20,000 nt of DNA, taken from IMG/VR virus record IMGVR_UViG_3300028840_007457, one strand, 5' to 3'. The number at the start of each line of letters is the position of its first letter. Position 1 is the stretch's first letter. A model generated the notes under the pieces. That model did no database searches. It was not told the origin of the DNA and worked only from the letters and a program-made list of their open reading frames with translations. The translations under genes were made by a program, and so were the position numbers. This document shows, piece after piece, positions 9,251 to 17,181 of the stretch. Source of the stretch: an uncultured virus (IMG/VR IMGVR_UViG_3300028840_007457) (lineage: Duplodnaviria > Heunggongvirae > Uroviricota > Caudoviricetes).

Positions 9251-9284
9251 GAAAACAACCTCTTTAAGAGAGAGAGACTTAAAA

Positions 9285-9566
9285 ATGTTAAGAAGAAGCA
9301 GAAGACGACATTTAGCCCTCAGTGATAGAGAATTCGCCTTTCGTCACATTAGACAACTTGCCAAACTCATTGAAAGAGACGCAAAAGACATTGCAGAGTT
9401 TGTATACCAGGCTCGACTTAGACCAGATCTTTTAACAGATAATGAAGCCGAGACCTTAGAAGAGTGGTTGGAAGATGCTGCTGCAAAATTAAAAACTGCT
9501 ATTAACGAACAACGGTTTAGACAACGGGGTGGTTCGGTTAGACGACGCAGACGTTTTAGAAGGTAA
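9285..9566 (+). CDS. Small helical protein with Arg-rich leader and Arg-rich tail
   Basis: ATG 9285 after a purine-rich GAGAGAGAG tract (preferred over 9228). MLRRSRRRHLA|L at the start and GGSVRRRRRFRR at the end. Confidence 0.8.
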   Translation: MLRRSRRRHLALSDREFAFRHIRQLAKLIERDAKDIAEFVYQARLRPDLLTDNEAETLEEWLEDAAAKLKTAINEQRFRQRGGSVRRRRRFRR

Positions 9567-9571
9567 AACAC

Positions 9572-10132
9572 GTGCTCCTTCACTTCACCACAAAAGACTT
9601 CAGAAAGCTGTTTCCCACTCTCTTAAGGTTGTGGCCTGAAACAGGTACCAAGTGGTCTAGAAAAAATGCTGCTGCTCTCCTCTCTTTAATTAAGGAGAAA
9701 GGCAAAGAGAAAACAGCAGCTGCTGACAGTTCCACAATTGTGGTTTCCACCTCCATAAGTAAAGAACAGCTTTTAGAGCATGGTAGAAGGGTAGTAGCTA
9801 TCTCATATTCAACACCGTTCCGGTTCCGGAGGCTCGACGCTCCCGCAAAAACTTTAAATAGTAAAGCGATTAAAGTTCGCCCTGGTAGTGATTTGTCTAT
9901 TGCTATTGAGGGAAACCCCACCACAGCTAGAATAGAAACTATTAGACGGATAAGGTTTAGAGGAAAACCAAATTATGTCAAGGCTGGTTTAATAATTAAC
10001 ACTGAAAATATTCCTTTTTACCTGCAACGGGAAACTAAGTGTGATTGTCGCTATTGTGGAAATCCAGCGCCTCGGGATTCAGAAATCACCAGTTGTCCTA
10101 GCTGTGGAGCTGTCCTCCCTAGCTGCGTTTAA
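9572..10132 (+). CDS. Hypothetical basic protein with C-terminal zinc ribbon
   Basis: GTG start after AAGGT; C-terminal CRYC-x12-CPSC; internal KEKTA|AA. Confidence 0.7.
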   Translation: MLLHFTTKDFRKLFPTLLRLWPETGTKWSRKNAAALLSLIKEKGKEKTAAADSSTIVVSTSISKEQLLEHGRRVVAISYSTPFRFRRLDAPAKTLNSKAIKVRPGSDLSIAIEGNPTTARIETIRRIRFRGKPNYVKAGLIINTENIPFYLQRETKCDCRYCGNPAPRDSEITSCPSCGAVLPSCV

Positions 10133-10137
10133 TTAAA

Positions 10138-10434
10138 ATGGAAAGCAAAACATTCCTAAATATTAAAGACCACTTTTTCGAGCGTTTGCAAGAAGAGAAC
10201 GCCAGTGGTCTAGATGAAGTTGAAGGCAGACTACTTTTCCACGACGTCGTTTTCCATTTTTGGTGGGCTGATAATCAGCTCACCTTAGAACTGGCAGTTT
10301 TACCTGCCACTTTTAGTGGTGATGAAGAAAGAGCTTGGGACCTTGTCGAAGATTTCATTAAAAGTAACGGCGGTCAAACCCACAACACCAAAGACACAAC
10401 CAAAACTGATTTATCAATTGCCCAAAAAAGTTAA
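10138..10434 (+). CDS. Hypothetical protein
   Basis: 98-aa ORF tightly packed between neighbours; no basic leader. Confidence 0.7.
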   Translation: MESKTFLNIKDHFFERLQEENASGLDEVEGRLLFHDVVFHFWWADNQLTLELAVLPATFSGDEERAWDLVEDFIKSNGGQTHNTKDTTKTDLSIAQKS

Positions 10435-10449
10435 AACAAAACCTTCATC

Positions 10450-12468
10450 ATGAAAAAAGCTTACACTGGTCCTGTTTATCCGTTTACTCCTCGGGTAACC
10501 TGGTATCCTAACTCTAATTCTGTTGTGGATTGTCAAGGTGCGGAAATTTACATTGAACAGCTTATGTACCGTTACCCTTATCGTGAAGATTTAGATAAGC
10601 TTCACAGTTTAATTCGACAACAAAACGGTGTAAATGACGGTGTCTGTGTAGAGTTAGCCAGGAAAGCTGAAAACATGATTTTAAAACAAGCGCAAACAAA
10701 CCCCACAACTCTAAGAGAAGTGCTGGAACAAGTAATAGATCCTTCTTATACAGTTGAAGACCAAACAGGCTTAGATTGGAATGCTGAAGACCTGTTAACT
10801 GAATTGTCAGAAGAAGAATTGAGCGCAACAGTTTACTGGGATGGTTTACCTAAACCAGCTTTAAATAGAGACGGTGACTATCCTGAAGTGTCTAAAATAT
10901 GGTTAGTAAATAGTGCTGGTCACGTACTTGAACCCGACCTTTTTGAAATTTATTTGGAAATTGACCGCATAGATCCTTTTAATTCCGGTAGTAATTTCAA
11001 AACTCATAAAGGGAATTTTAATACAATGGGTCGTCGTAGAGTAGCAACTGAAATTAAAGGAATACATTGGTTCTCTGGAGAAAAACCTCTTATTAAAGAG
11101 TTGGAGCGGTGGGGAGATCCAGAAGAGGTTAAAACCGGGAAAGTGTACTGGCACCGTAGACGCCAACAATACTTATTAGTTCCTGGTAATCCTAGCAAAG
11201 CTGAAGTGGCTGGTGGATTGGCTAAAAAAGATAAGTACGGTGATGATGTACCAAAAGATAAAGCTAAACAGAAAAAAGAGTTGGAATTTATAAGTGTCTC
11301 TGAGTTAAAGAAGTGGGCTAAGCAGTATGGTGTTAAAGATTGGTACGTGGATAACGTTTACGGTAAAAGGGTTTACCGAAAAGAATACGACAAAAAGGAA
11401 ACAACTGCTTTAACTAAAAGCGAAAAGGGCAAAATTATGATTAGTAGGAAAAAAGACCGTAAGGGTAACTTTAGACGAAGACGACGTAGACTTGCTGGTA
11501 GAGGTGATGCTTTTCTTCGTTACACCGATGAATTTGGTTCTGAAGTGCAACTTGAAATTGATGACGAATTAATTGGTGTATTTAATAACCAGGATGAAGC
11601 TATTGAGTTCATAAAAGAATGGGCCAATGAGAATCATTATTACCCTACTCTTTACTTCAAAGATATTGATGCCACACTTGAAGAAATTGACTATAGATAT
11701 GCATCTACAGCTTCACAAATGATTAATTGGAAAAGAGATCCTCACGTAGCTCGCATAATTGAACGCGGAGCTGAGCTGGGGCATGAAGTTGATACTATTG
11801 TCAAAGCAGTAGTAGAACACCTTGGTGATACCACCCTTCACTACAATAAAAAAGAAAGTGACGCCATTTGGAGTGTAGTCAAAGACTACGTCTCCGAATA
11901 TGATGCTGAACGAGAAGCTTACGCAAAGCGTATTGCTAGAAAACGTCACAGAAAAGCTGATTCATTTTCAGATTATTCAGAATTTGATGTGCCATTGTCT
12001 TGTCTTTATGATTTTTATGATCGTAGACTGTCTAATATTGAAGAAGATATGTGGGTTTTAATTTACAAAGACAATTCAGGGTGGCACGCAGAAAATGAAA
12101 GCGGTGACGAATTTAATGATTTAGCCCCCAAAAACGACACCGAAGCAAACCGTTTAGCTTTTTATTGCAGTAACATGAATTTAGTATCAGCTACGTTTTC
12201 CCAAAGCCATCATCGTCATCGCACTTCTTGTTGTGGTCGTGGTCGTCCTCATAGAACGGGTAGAAAGTGGGAAAGTTTACCTGAGGGGTGGGACAAAGAT
12301 AGTTTAGAGAGCTACTGGAATAGTATGGGTGGTAGCGTTAGTTCTTGTGTTGAAGAACTACAAGGTGATCCAGAGATTACAGATCCGGGGGCATTCTGTG
12401 CTAGTTTGGCAGATCGTGTAGAGGGTAAAAAATGGCGTCATAGACCACGTAAACACCGCAGAAAATAG
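10450..12468 (+). CDS. Multi-module polyprotein-like protein (about 7 unknown modules with basic linkers)
   Basis: MKKA|Y start; internal SD+ATG tags at 11026 (MGRRRVA|T) and 11437 (MISRKK...RRRRRRLA|G); RYA|S at 11695; KRIA|RKRHRKA|D at 11926; two-Cys module 11980-12168; C-terminal CV...DPGAFCASL module and basic tail RHRPRKHRRK. Confidence 0.8.
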   Translation: MKKAYTGPVYPFTPRVTWYPNSNSVVDCQGAEIYIEQLMYRYPYREDLDKLHSLIRQQNGVNDGVCVELARKAENMILKQAQTNPTTLREVLEQVIDPSYTVEDQTGLDWNAEDLLTELSEEELSATVYWDGLPKPALNRDGDYPEVSKIWLVNSAGHVLEPDLFEIYLEIDRIDPFNSGSNFKTHKGNFNTMGRRRVATEIKGIHWFSGEKPLIKELERWGDPEEVKTGKVYWHRRRQQYLLVPGNPSKAEVAGGLAKKDKYGDDVPKDKAKQKKELEFISVSELKKWAKQYGVKDWYVDNVYGKRVYRKEYDKKETTALTKSEKGKIMISRKKDRKGNFRRRRRRLAGRGDAFLRYTDEFGSEVQLEIDDELIGVFNNQDEAIEFIKEWANENHYYPTLYFKDIDATLEEIDYRYASTASQMINWKRDPHVARIIERGAELGHEVDTIVKAVVEHLGDTTLHYNKKESDAIWSVVKDYVSEYDAEREAYAKRIARKRHRKADSFSDYSEFDVPLSCLYDFYDRRLSNIEEDMWVLIYKDNSGWHAENESGDEFNDLAPKNDTEANRLAFYCSNMNLVSATFSQSHHRHRTSCCGRGRPHRTGRKWESLPEGWDKDSLESYWNSMGGSVSSCVEELQGDPEITDPGAFCASLADRVEGKKWRHRPRKHRRK

Positions 12469-12482
12469 AAAGGTTAAAAATC

Positions 12483-12737
12483 ATGACAGCAGAAGTAACC
12501 AAGGTAGTAGATTTAGAAGAAGCTCAAATGGTAGCTTTAGAAGCTGTGTGTACTAAATACAGTATTGATTTAGAAACGGAAAACGGATTTGAAACTAGAA
12601 TGTTTAATGGGGTTCCATCTATTAATATTAAAAAAACTGGTGACACCCAAATTACATTTACCATGTTAAACGTACCTGATACCGTAGATGCCCAAAAAGC
12701 TTTTCGTCTGGTTCAAGCCGCTTTTCCCTCAGCATAG
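12483..12737 (+). CDS. Hypothetical protein
   Basis: SD AAAGGT; 84 aa; no basic leader. Confidence 0.75.
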   Translation: MTAEVTKVVDLEEAQMVALEAVCTKYSIDLETENGFETRMFNGVPSINIKKTGDTQITFTMLNVPDTVDAQKAFRLVQAAFPSA

Positions 12738-12753
12738 GAAGGATTAAAGATTC

Positions 12754-14229
12754 ATGTCTATCAATATAGCAGTTCGGGATTTTTTACCATTTTTAGAAAA
12801 TCCCTCTCATTTTTTCGAGCTTGGTAAAGTTTGCCGAGCTGCAATTGCTTCTCCTAAAAAATTATCCCCTGCTTTTAAAGCTTTAGTAAATAAAAGACTT
12901 GCTTATTTTATTGTTCAAGCAGCTATTAACCCCTCTAAAATAGAAGAATTCAAAAAGCACAAAGGGAAAAATCTATTTGGAGAAACAGTAACAGACCTTT
13001 TAAAAAGCTTCATGAAAGGTCAGGAAGCTGGGGCTCAAAAAGAATATGTAGATCAAGCAGTAAAAGCTGGATCCAAACTCCTCATGGGCTCTTTTGATTT
13101 TGTCTACAATGCTGCTGTTGAAGTTGTAGATAAATGGATAAGCGTTACTACCGGAGAATCTACAGAAGAGATTTTAGATAGAACCCACGCTTATGATATT
13201 ATTGACCGTATTGCTTATTTTACTGCTCTTAAAGGTGTGCTAGAAAGTGTAGATCCTGATACGTGGGGAAGTCAGAAAACTACCGTTGAAAGAAAATTGG
13301 GTAAGGTAACTGGTGCTCTGGCTAAATCTATTTGGGAACATGGTTTAAGCAAGAAAAGTAAAAAGAAGCTTAAAAAAGTAGATCCCACAGACGAAGCTAG
13401 TAAACTAAAAGCAGAGCTATTCAAAACAGCAGGTACAGCTGCTAAGCAGACAACCTCCAAAGTACTTAAAGAGCTAGAAAAATTTGCCGCCCAAGTTTTG
13501 CAGTACAGTGCTGAAGAAGATGAGCAAGCAGAACAGAAAGCAGCCAGTGTTAAGAGGAGAGCAGAGTTTTACGACAACGATCCTCAAGTAGAGGAGGCCG
13601 TAGTTGAGGCCATTACTCCCTTTATAGAAAACAAATTAAACCAGTATGAAGATTGGTTTGTTGACAGTGAAGCGGGAGAATATCTCTGGAGTCAGTTTGA
13701 TCAACTTGTAGAAAATTGGATTTACGAAATTGCTCAAGTTGTAACATGGGCTGAAACAAGTGGAACAGGAGACGTTAGTTCTTTAGATTATTATGACTAT
13801 TCCAGAGAAATTTCTGGTATACTTTTTAAATTAACGCCCGGATCTGAAAACGAAGAAAATATTTACAACTATCTTAAAGATATTGAAAATGCAGTTTTAG
13901 GGCCAGCTTTTGAAGCTGCTGCTCAAGCGGTAGAAGAAAACAAAAAGTACGAACCTTTGGTAGCGAACAGGAGAAAAGCAATGTTGAGACGACGTAGAAG
14001 AAAAGTTGCTGTACGATATGAGTATGAAGATGTCGAAGATGACATTCGTAGTATAGTTGGTGGTCTTACTCCTATTTTAGATAGACTCCCTGTACTTTTG
14101 CGCATGGCCTACGGCAATAGTAAAAAATTTGAGGGTCCTCAATTAGAGGAGCTTTTAACCATGTTTAGAGAAGCGGACGAAAAAATAGAAGATGCTGTAG
14201 AAGTTTTAAAAATGCTTGCTACCCTATGA
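12754..14229 (+). CDS. Three-module protein: Lys-rich helical N-domain, acidic middle module, C-terminal MLRRRRRKVA module with its own SD
   Basis: SD GGAAGGA; linkers KAA|SVKRRA|E (13537) and RRKA|MLRRRRRKVA|V (13969-14010). Confidence 0.8.
   Translation: MSINIAVRDFLPFLENPSHFFELGKVCRAAIASPKKLSPAFKALVNKRLAYFIVQAAINPSKIEEFKKHKGKNLFGETVTDLLKSFMKGQEAGAQKEYVDQAVKAGSKLLMGSFDFVYNAAVEVVDKWISVTTGESTEEILDRTHAYDIIDRIAYFTALKGVLESVDPDTWGSQKTTVERKLGKVTGALAKSIWEHGLSKKSKKKLKKVDPTDEASKLKAELFKTAGTAAKQTTSKVLKELEKFAAQVLQYSAEEDEQAEQKAASVKRRAEFYDNDPQVEEAVVEAITPFIENKLNQYEDWFVDSEAGEYLWSQFDQLVENWIYEIAQVVTWAETSGTGDVSSLDYYDYSREISGILFKLTPGSENEENIYNYLKDIENAVLGPAFEAAAQAVEENKKYEPLVANRRKAMLRRRRRKVAVRYEYEDVEDDIRSIVGGLTPILDRLPVLLRMAYGNSKKFEGPQLEELLTMFREADEKIEDAVEVLKMLATL
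13969..13983 (+). promoter_or_regulatory. Internal in-frame ribosome-binding site and start codon (AGGAG-N7-ATG)
   Basis: AGGAGAAAAGCAATGTTGAGACGACGT lies inside ORF 12754-14229 and has the same architecture as the starts of stand-alone genes 6768 and 7149. Confidence 0.65.
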
Positions 14230-14479
14230 GTCTATTTTGTTAATTAGTAAAGTTACACCAGAGCTTTTGGCTTCTCTTTGTTTGTGGAATGAAAAAGGTT
14301 TACCTATTACAGACTATCTTATTTGTTTTGATACACTTCAAATGTTGGCTTACGTCATGGAAGAAAATGGAAGTGAACGGAGAGTTCAAATTACCAAATT
14401 TCTCTTTCTTGGAGATAAAAGCCTAGAGTTGTTTCTTCCTGATAGTTTGAGAGACTACAGAGTGGAAAATTTGGAGTAA
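14216..14479 (+). CDS. Hypothetical protein, tandem paralog of 14487-14723 (start uncertain)
   Basis: Shares F[DN]T...NGxExRVx[IV]xxFxFxG...LExxLPxxL with the next gene. TTG start is uncertain (14216 or 14237). Confidence 0.7.
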   Translation: MLPYESILLISKVTPELLASLCLWNEKGLPITDYLICFDTLQMLAYVMEENGSERRVQITKFLFLGDKSLELFLPDSLRDYRVENLE

Positions 14480-14486
14480 GTTAATT

Positions 14487-14723
14487 ATGATAATTGATAA
14501 CAATAACATTAGACTAAAGAAAACTCTTCGTGTGTTAGATAAAAATGGAGAGAGGGTTGAAAATATTGTTTGGTTTAATACTGAAACCCTGGTAGGTAGT
14601 ACAGTTAAAAATGGTAAAGAACAAAGGGTAGAAGTAAGCCAGTTTTGTTTTGTAGGTAACCCCATGGATTTAGAACACCTGCTTCCTCCAGAGTTGTATA
14701 TGCACATTGTTCCTAGTTATTAA
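14487..14723 (+). CDS. Hypothetical protein, tandem paralog of 14216-14479
   Basis: GGAG upstream; aligned motifs as for the previous gene. Confidence 0.75.
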   Translation: MIIDNNNIRLKKTLRVLDKNGERVENIVWFNTETLVGSTVKNGKEQRVEVSQFCFVGNPMDLEHLLPPELYMHIVPSY

Positions 14724-14735
14724 AAGGAATTAAGC

Positions 14736-15569
14736 ATGAGACCAAAAAGAAAAGCATACACAAGAGTAGTTAAACCAGGAGAAATAGGTACGCAAACCTT
14801 CTCTCCCAGTCCGGATTTAAAAAAGCTGGTAGACGATTATCTTAAAAAGGTGCAAAAAGAAGTTGATAGTGGTAAAGATGCCAACACAGCTTTCAAAACA
14901 AAACCATCTTTAGATGACCTAACAGGTAATGAATTAATCGAACTTCTTTTCTACAACGAAAAACTAGGTACTGCTCCTATTAAGGAGTTGAACTATCTTG
15001 ACCTTTTTAGCATTCTTCAAAGTCTGTTAGAGCAAAAAGTGTGGCAATTGGCTGTTCAGTGGTGGGGCGAGCAAGAAACAAAATTGAAAAAGGATACCAC
15101 AGAAACAGTGGTAGAAAGGCCAAAGGCTGCAAGCATGCTAAGGAGACGCCATAGGTTTGCTGTTTTAAATCCTTCCGATGTAGAGCTAAAAGGTATAGAA
15201 TTTGCAAGTGGCCAAGAACCAGAAGACAATGACTTCATATCTCTTGTTACTGTTAGATTCGCAGTAAGTGGACAAAGTTTGGCTAGTTTAGCTGGTAAAC
15301 AAAGACGAGTGCTTTTCCGTTATCTAAGCAATGCTTCAAAACACCAATTACTTTCTGCTGTGGTGAACAGTAGAGAACTACTGCAAACACTTAAACCTAA
15401 AATCAAACGATTTGTGAATGAGTATTTTGTTTATGACCTTGATATGGATCCACCTCGTCGTCTAAACATGGAGTGGGCAGAAGAAAGTGACTATCCCTAC
15501 AGTGCTGAAGTACACGCAGCAGATGAAACAGTTATTTTTGAAGTTGAACTAGACGTCATGGGAGGATAA
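14736..15569 (+). CDS. Two-module protein with basic leader and internal MLRRRHRFA tag
   Basis: SD AAAGGA; MRPKRKA|Y; internal KAA|SMLRRRHRFA|V (15123-15164) with ATG at 15135 preceded by AAAGG. Confidence 0.8.
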   Translation: MRPKRKAYTRVVKPGEIGTQTFSPSPDLKKLVDDYLKKVQKEVDSGKDANTAFKTKPSLDDLTGNELIELLFYNEKLGTAPIKELNYLDLFSILQSLLEQKVWQLAVQWWGEQETKLKKDTTETVVERPKAASMLRRRHRFAVLNPSDVELKGIEFASGQEPEDNDFISLVTVRFAVSGQSLASLAGKQRRVLFRYLSNASKHQLLSAVVNSRELLQTLKPKIKRFVNEYFVYDLDMDPPRRLNMEWAEESDYPYSAEVHAADETVIFEVELDVMGG

Positions 15570-15570
15570 A

Positions 15571-16026
15571 ATGAAAATCAAAGTAGGTAGCAAAACTTAC
15601 ATTAAAAAGACTGCCCAGAGTGTAGTCTACGATGATCGTTTTTTCCGTTGGGACGGAATTCTTTTTCATGTGTTTGCTTTGCTCCGCAGCAAAACAGGAG
15701 AAAACCTTCCTGGCCGAGAAGCTGGATTTACAAAAACTATTAAACAAATTCCCAAAGAAATAAAAGGTGATATTGACCCTGAAAAATTGGTAAAGGCTGA
15801 GGAAGCTGCTGCAGCTGGAGAGCTGTGGTACATTAAAATAGGAAGCAAAAAAGAGGGTTTGGGTTGGCTTTGGTCTAGAGACGGATCACAACCTTACCCT
15901 TCTGGAGCTAACAAAGTAATGGCCATTCACGAGGTTTTGACTTTTCTACAACGTTTTAGGTCCAGTAACAAAAGTAGCGGAGCTGAAGCCTACTACATTG
16001 AAATAACAAATAATTCACAAGGCTAA
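15571..16026 (+). CDS. Hypothetical protein with Lys-rich leader ending KKTA
   Basis: SD GGAGGA; MKIKVGSKTYIKKTA|Q. Confidence 0.8.
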   Translation: MKIKVGSKTYIKKTAQSVVYDDRFFRWDGILFHVFALLRSKTGENLPGREAGFTKTIKQIPKEIKGDIDPEKLVKAEEAAAAGELWYIKIGSKKEGLGWLWSRDGSQPYPSGANKVMAIHEVLTFLQRFRSSNKSSGAEAYYIEITNNSQG

Positions 16027-16031
16027 AACAA

Positions 16032-16286
16032 ATGAGAAAACGAAGACAAGCACTAGGACCAAATATAGCTGACGTTGTAGAGAACTTATTTAACAATTTA
16101 GGATTCAGGCAAGGACTATCTATTTTGCTGGCTCAAATAATGGACACTCCAAGCGCTCAAGATAAATACTATGCACTACTAGCCAAGTTTGGTATTACAG
16201 AAAATGATTTATCTAAAAACGATGACGATTATCTCTATGATGAGGTAGTAAGGCGTGTAACAAACACTAGACATTGGATAGACTAA
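16032..16286 (+). CDS. Small protein with basic leader
   Basis: MRKRRQA|L; AAGG upstream; tightly packed. Confidence 0.8.
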   Translation: MRKRRQALGPNIADVVENLFNNLGFRQGLSILLAQIMDTPSAQDKYYALLAKFGITENDLSKNDDDYLYDEVVRRVTNTRHWID

Positions 16287-16320
16287 CATGGCTATCGCAA
16301 TTGAAGGGACAATCAGGAAA

Positions 16321-17172
16321 ATGAAAAATCGCAGGCACTTAGCAAGCCAACGCCGAGAAGCCCAGCTGCAACAGCTGCTACAGCAGTTTGAAACTGCAAG
16401 CGGCAAAATCGTTAAAACGCTCACAGATGCTTACAAAGCAACCATGGGTAAGCAGTTCGATCAGAGCAACAAAATCCTCCATAAACTAGACGGAGTTGTT
16501 GAAGACAAAATTCTAGATTCGTTTTTAGAATTGAATGATACCATGGCTGGTGTTGTAGGATTAGAAGCCACAGCTAGTGTAAGGCGACGTAAAAAAGTAG
16601 CCATTACTTCTGAAGATGAAGTAGCTTATATTTGGGTAAACTACTTAGAAGAACCTACTCAGCTTTATATTACTCCTTTGGAACATCATTCTAAAGACCG
16701 TGTACTGGATGAATTGGCAGAAGTAGTTCAAGAAGATTGGGGTACAGATTTAGAGTACCATGCTGGTTTCGGTGAAGAAGGAGTTAAATCACTTTCCCAG
16801 CTCCTAAAAGGAAAACCTCTTCAAGAAGCTCTAAGACAGTTAGAGTACGCTGACATTGCAGTAATTGACACACCGGTTCCAGCTAATAGATTAAAGGTTT
16901 CTGCTCAAGAACCACGTTGGCACGATGTTGGTAGAGCAGATGCACCAGTAGCTACCATAGATATTTACCAAACAGGATTCTATGACGATCCCGAAAGTGA
17001 AGAAGGCGGTGGACTACCCGACTTTTTCGAATACAAAGCCTACCTGAGTGAAATGGAAGGTAAACCTTACGATGGAGCCTACGGTGTTGCTGACTATACA
17101 GAAGGAAATAGTGCTACTGAAGCTGTGAAGAAAATGATTGACCAGTGGAGCAGAGCTGGATTTTTAGAATAG
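16321..17172 (+). CDS. Three-module protein with basic leader and linkers
   Basis: MKNRRHLA|S (ATG 16321; alternative start 16288); linkers A|SVRRRKKVA|I (16573-16602) and RLKVSA|Q (16888). The middle module is paralogous to gene 6768. Confidence 0.75.
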   Translation: MKNRRHLASQRREAQLQQLLQQFETASGKIVKTLTDAYKATMGKQFDQSNKILHKLDGVVEDKILDSFLELNDTMAGVVGLEATASVRRRKKVAITSEDEVAYIWVNYLEEPTQLYITPLEHHSKDRVLDELAEVVQEDWGTDLEYHAGFGEEGVKSLSQLLKGKPLQEALRQLEYADIAVIDTPVPANRLKVSAQEPRWHDVGRADAPVATIDIYQTGFYDDPESEEGGGLPDFFEYKAYLSEMEGKPYDGAYGVADYTEGNSATEAVKKMIDQWSRAGFLE

Positions 17173-17181
17173 GGAAATATT

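Noticed and set aside
6195..9317. MLRRR... leaders as twin-arginine (Tat) or Sec signal peptides ending in AxA
   Set aside because: No hydrophobic h-region follows the arginines, and the same motif occurs internally and at C-termini.
6195..16350. Poly-Arg tags as eukaryotic nuclear localisation signals or furin sites
   Set aside because: Shine-Dalgarno motifs, operon-like packing and a phage-type prohead protease indicate a prokaryotic virus; the conserved terminal Ala is not part of those signals.
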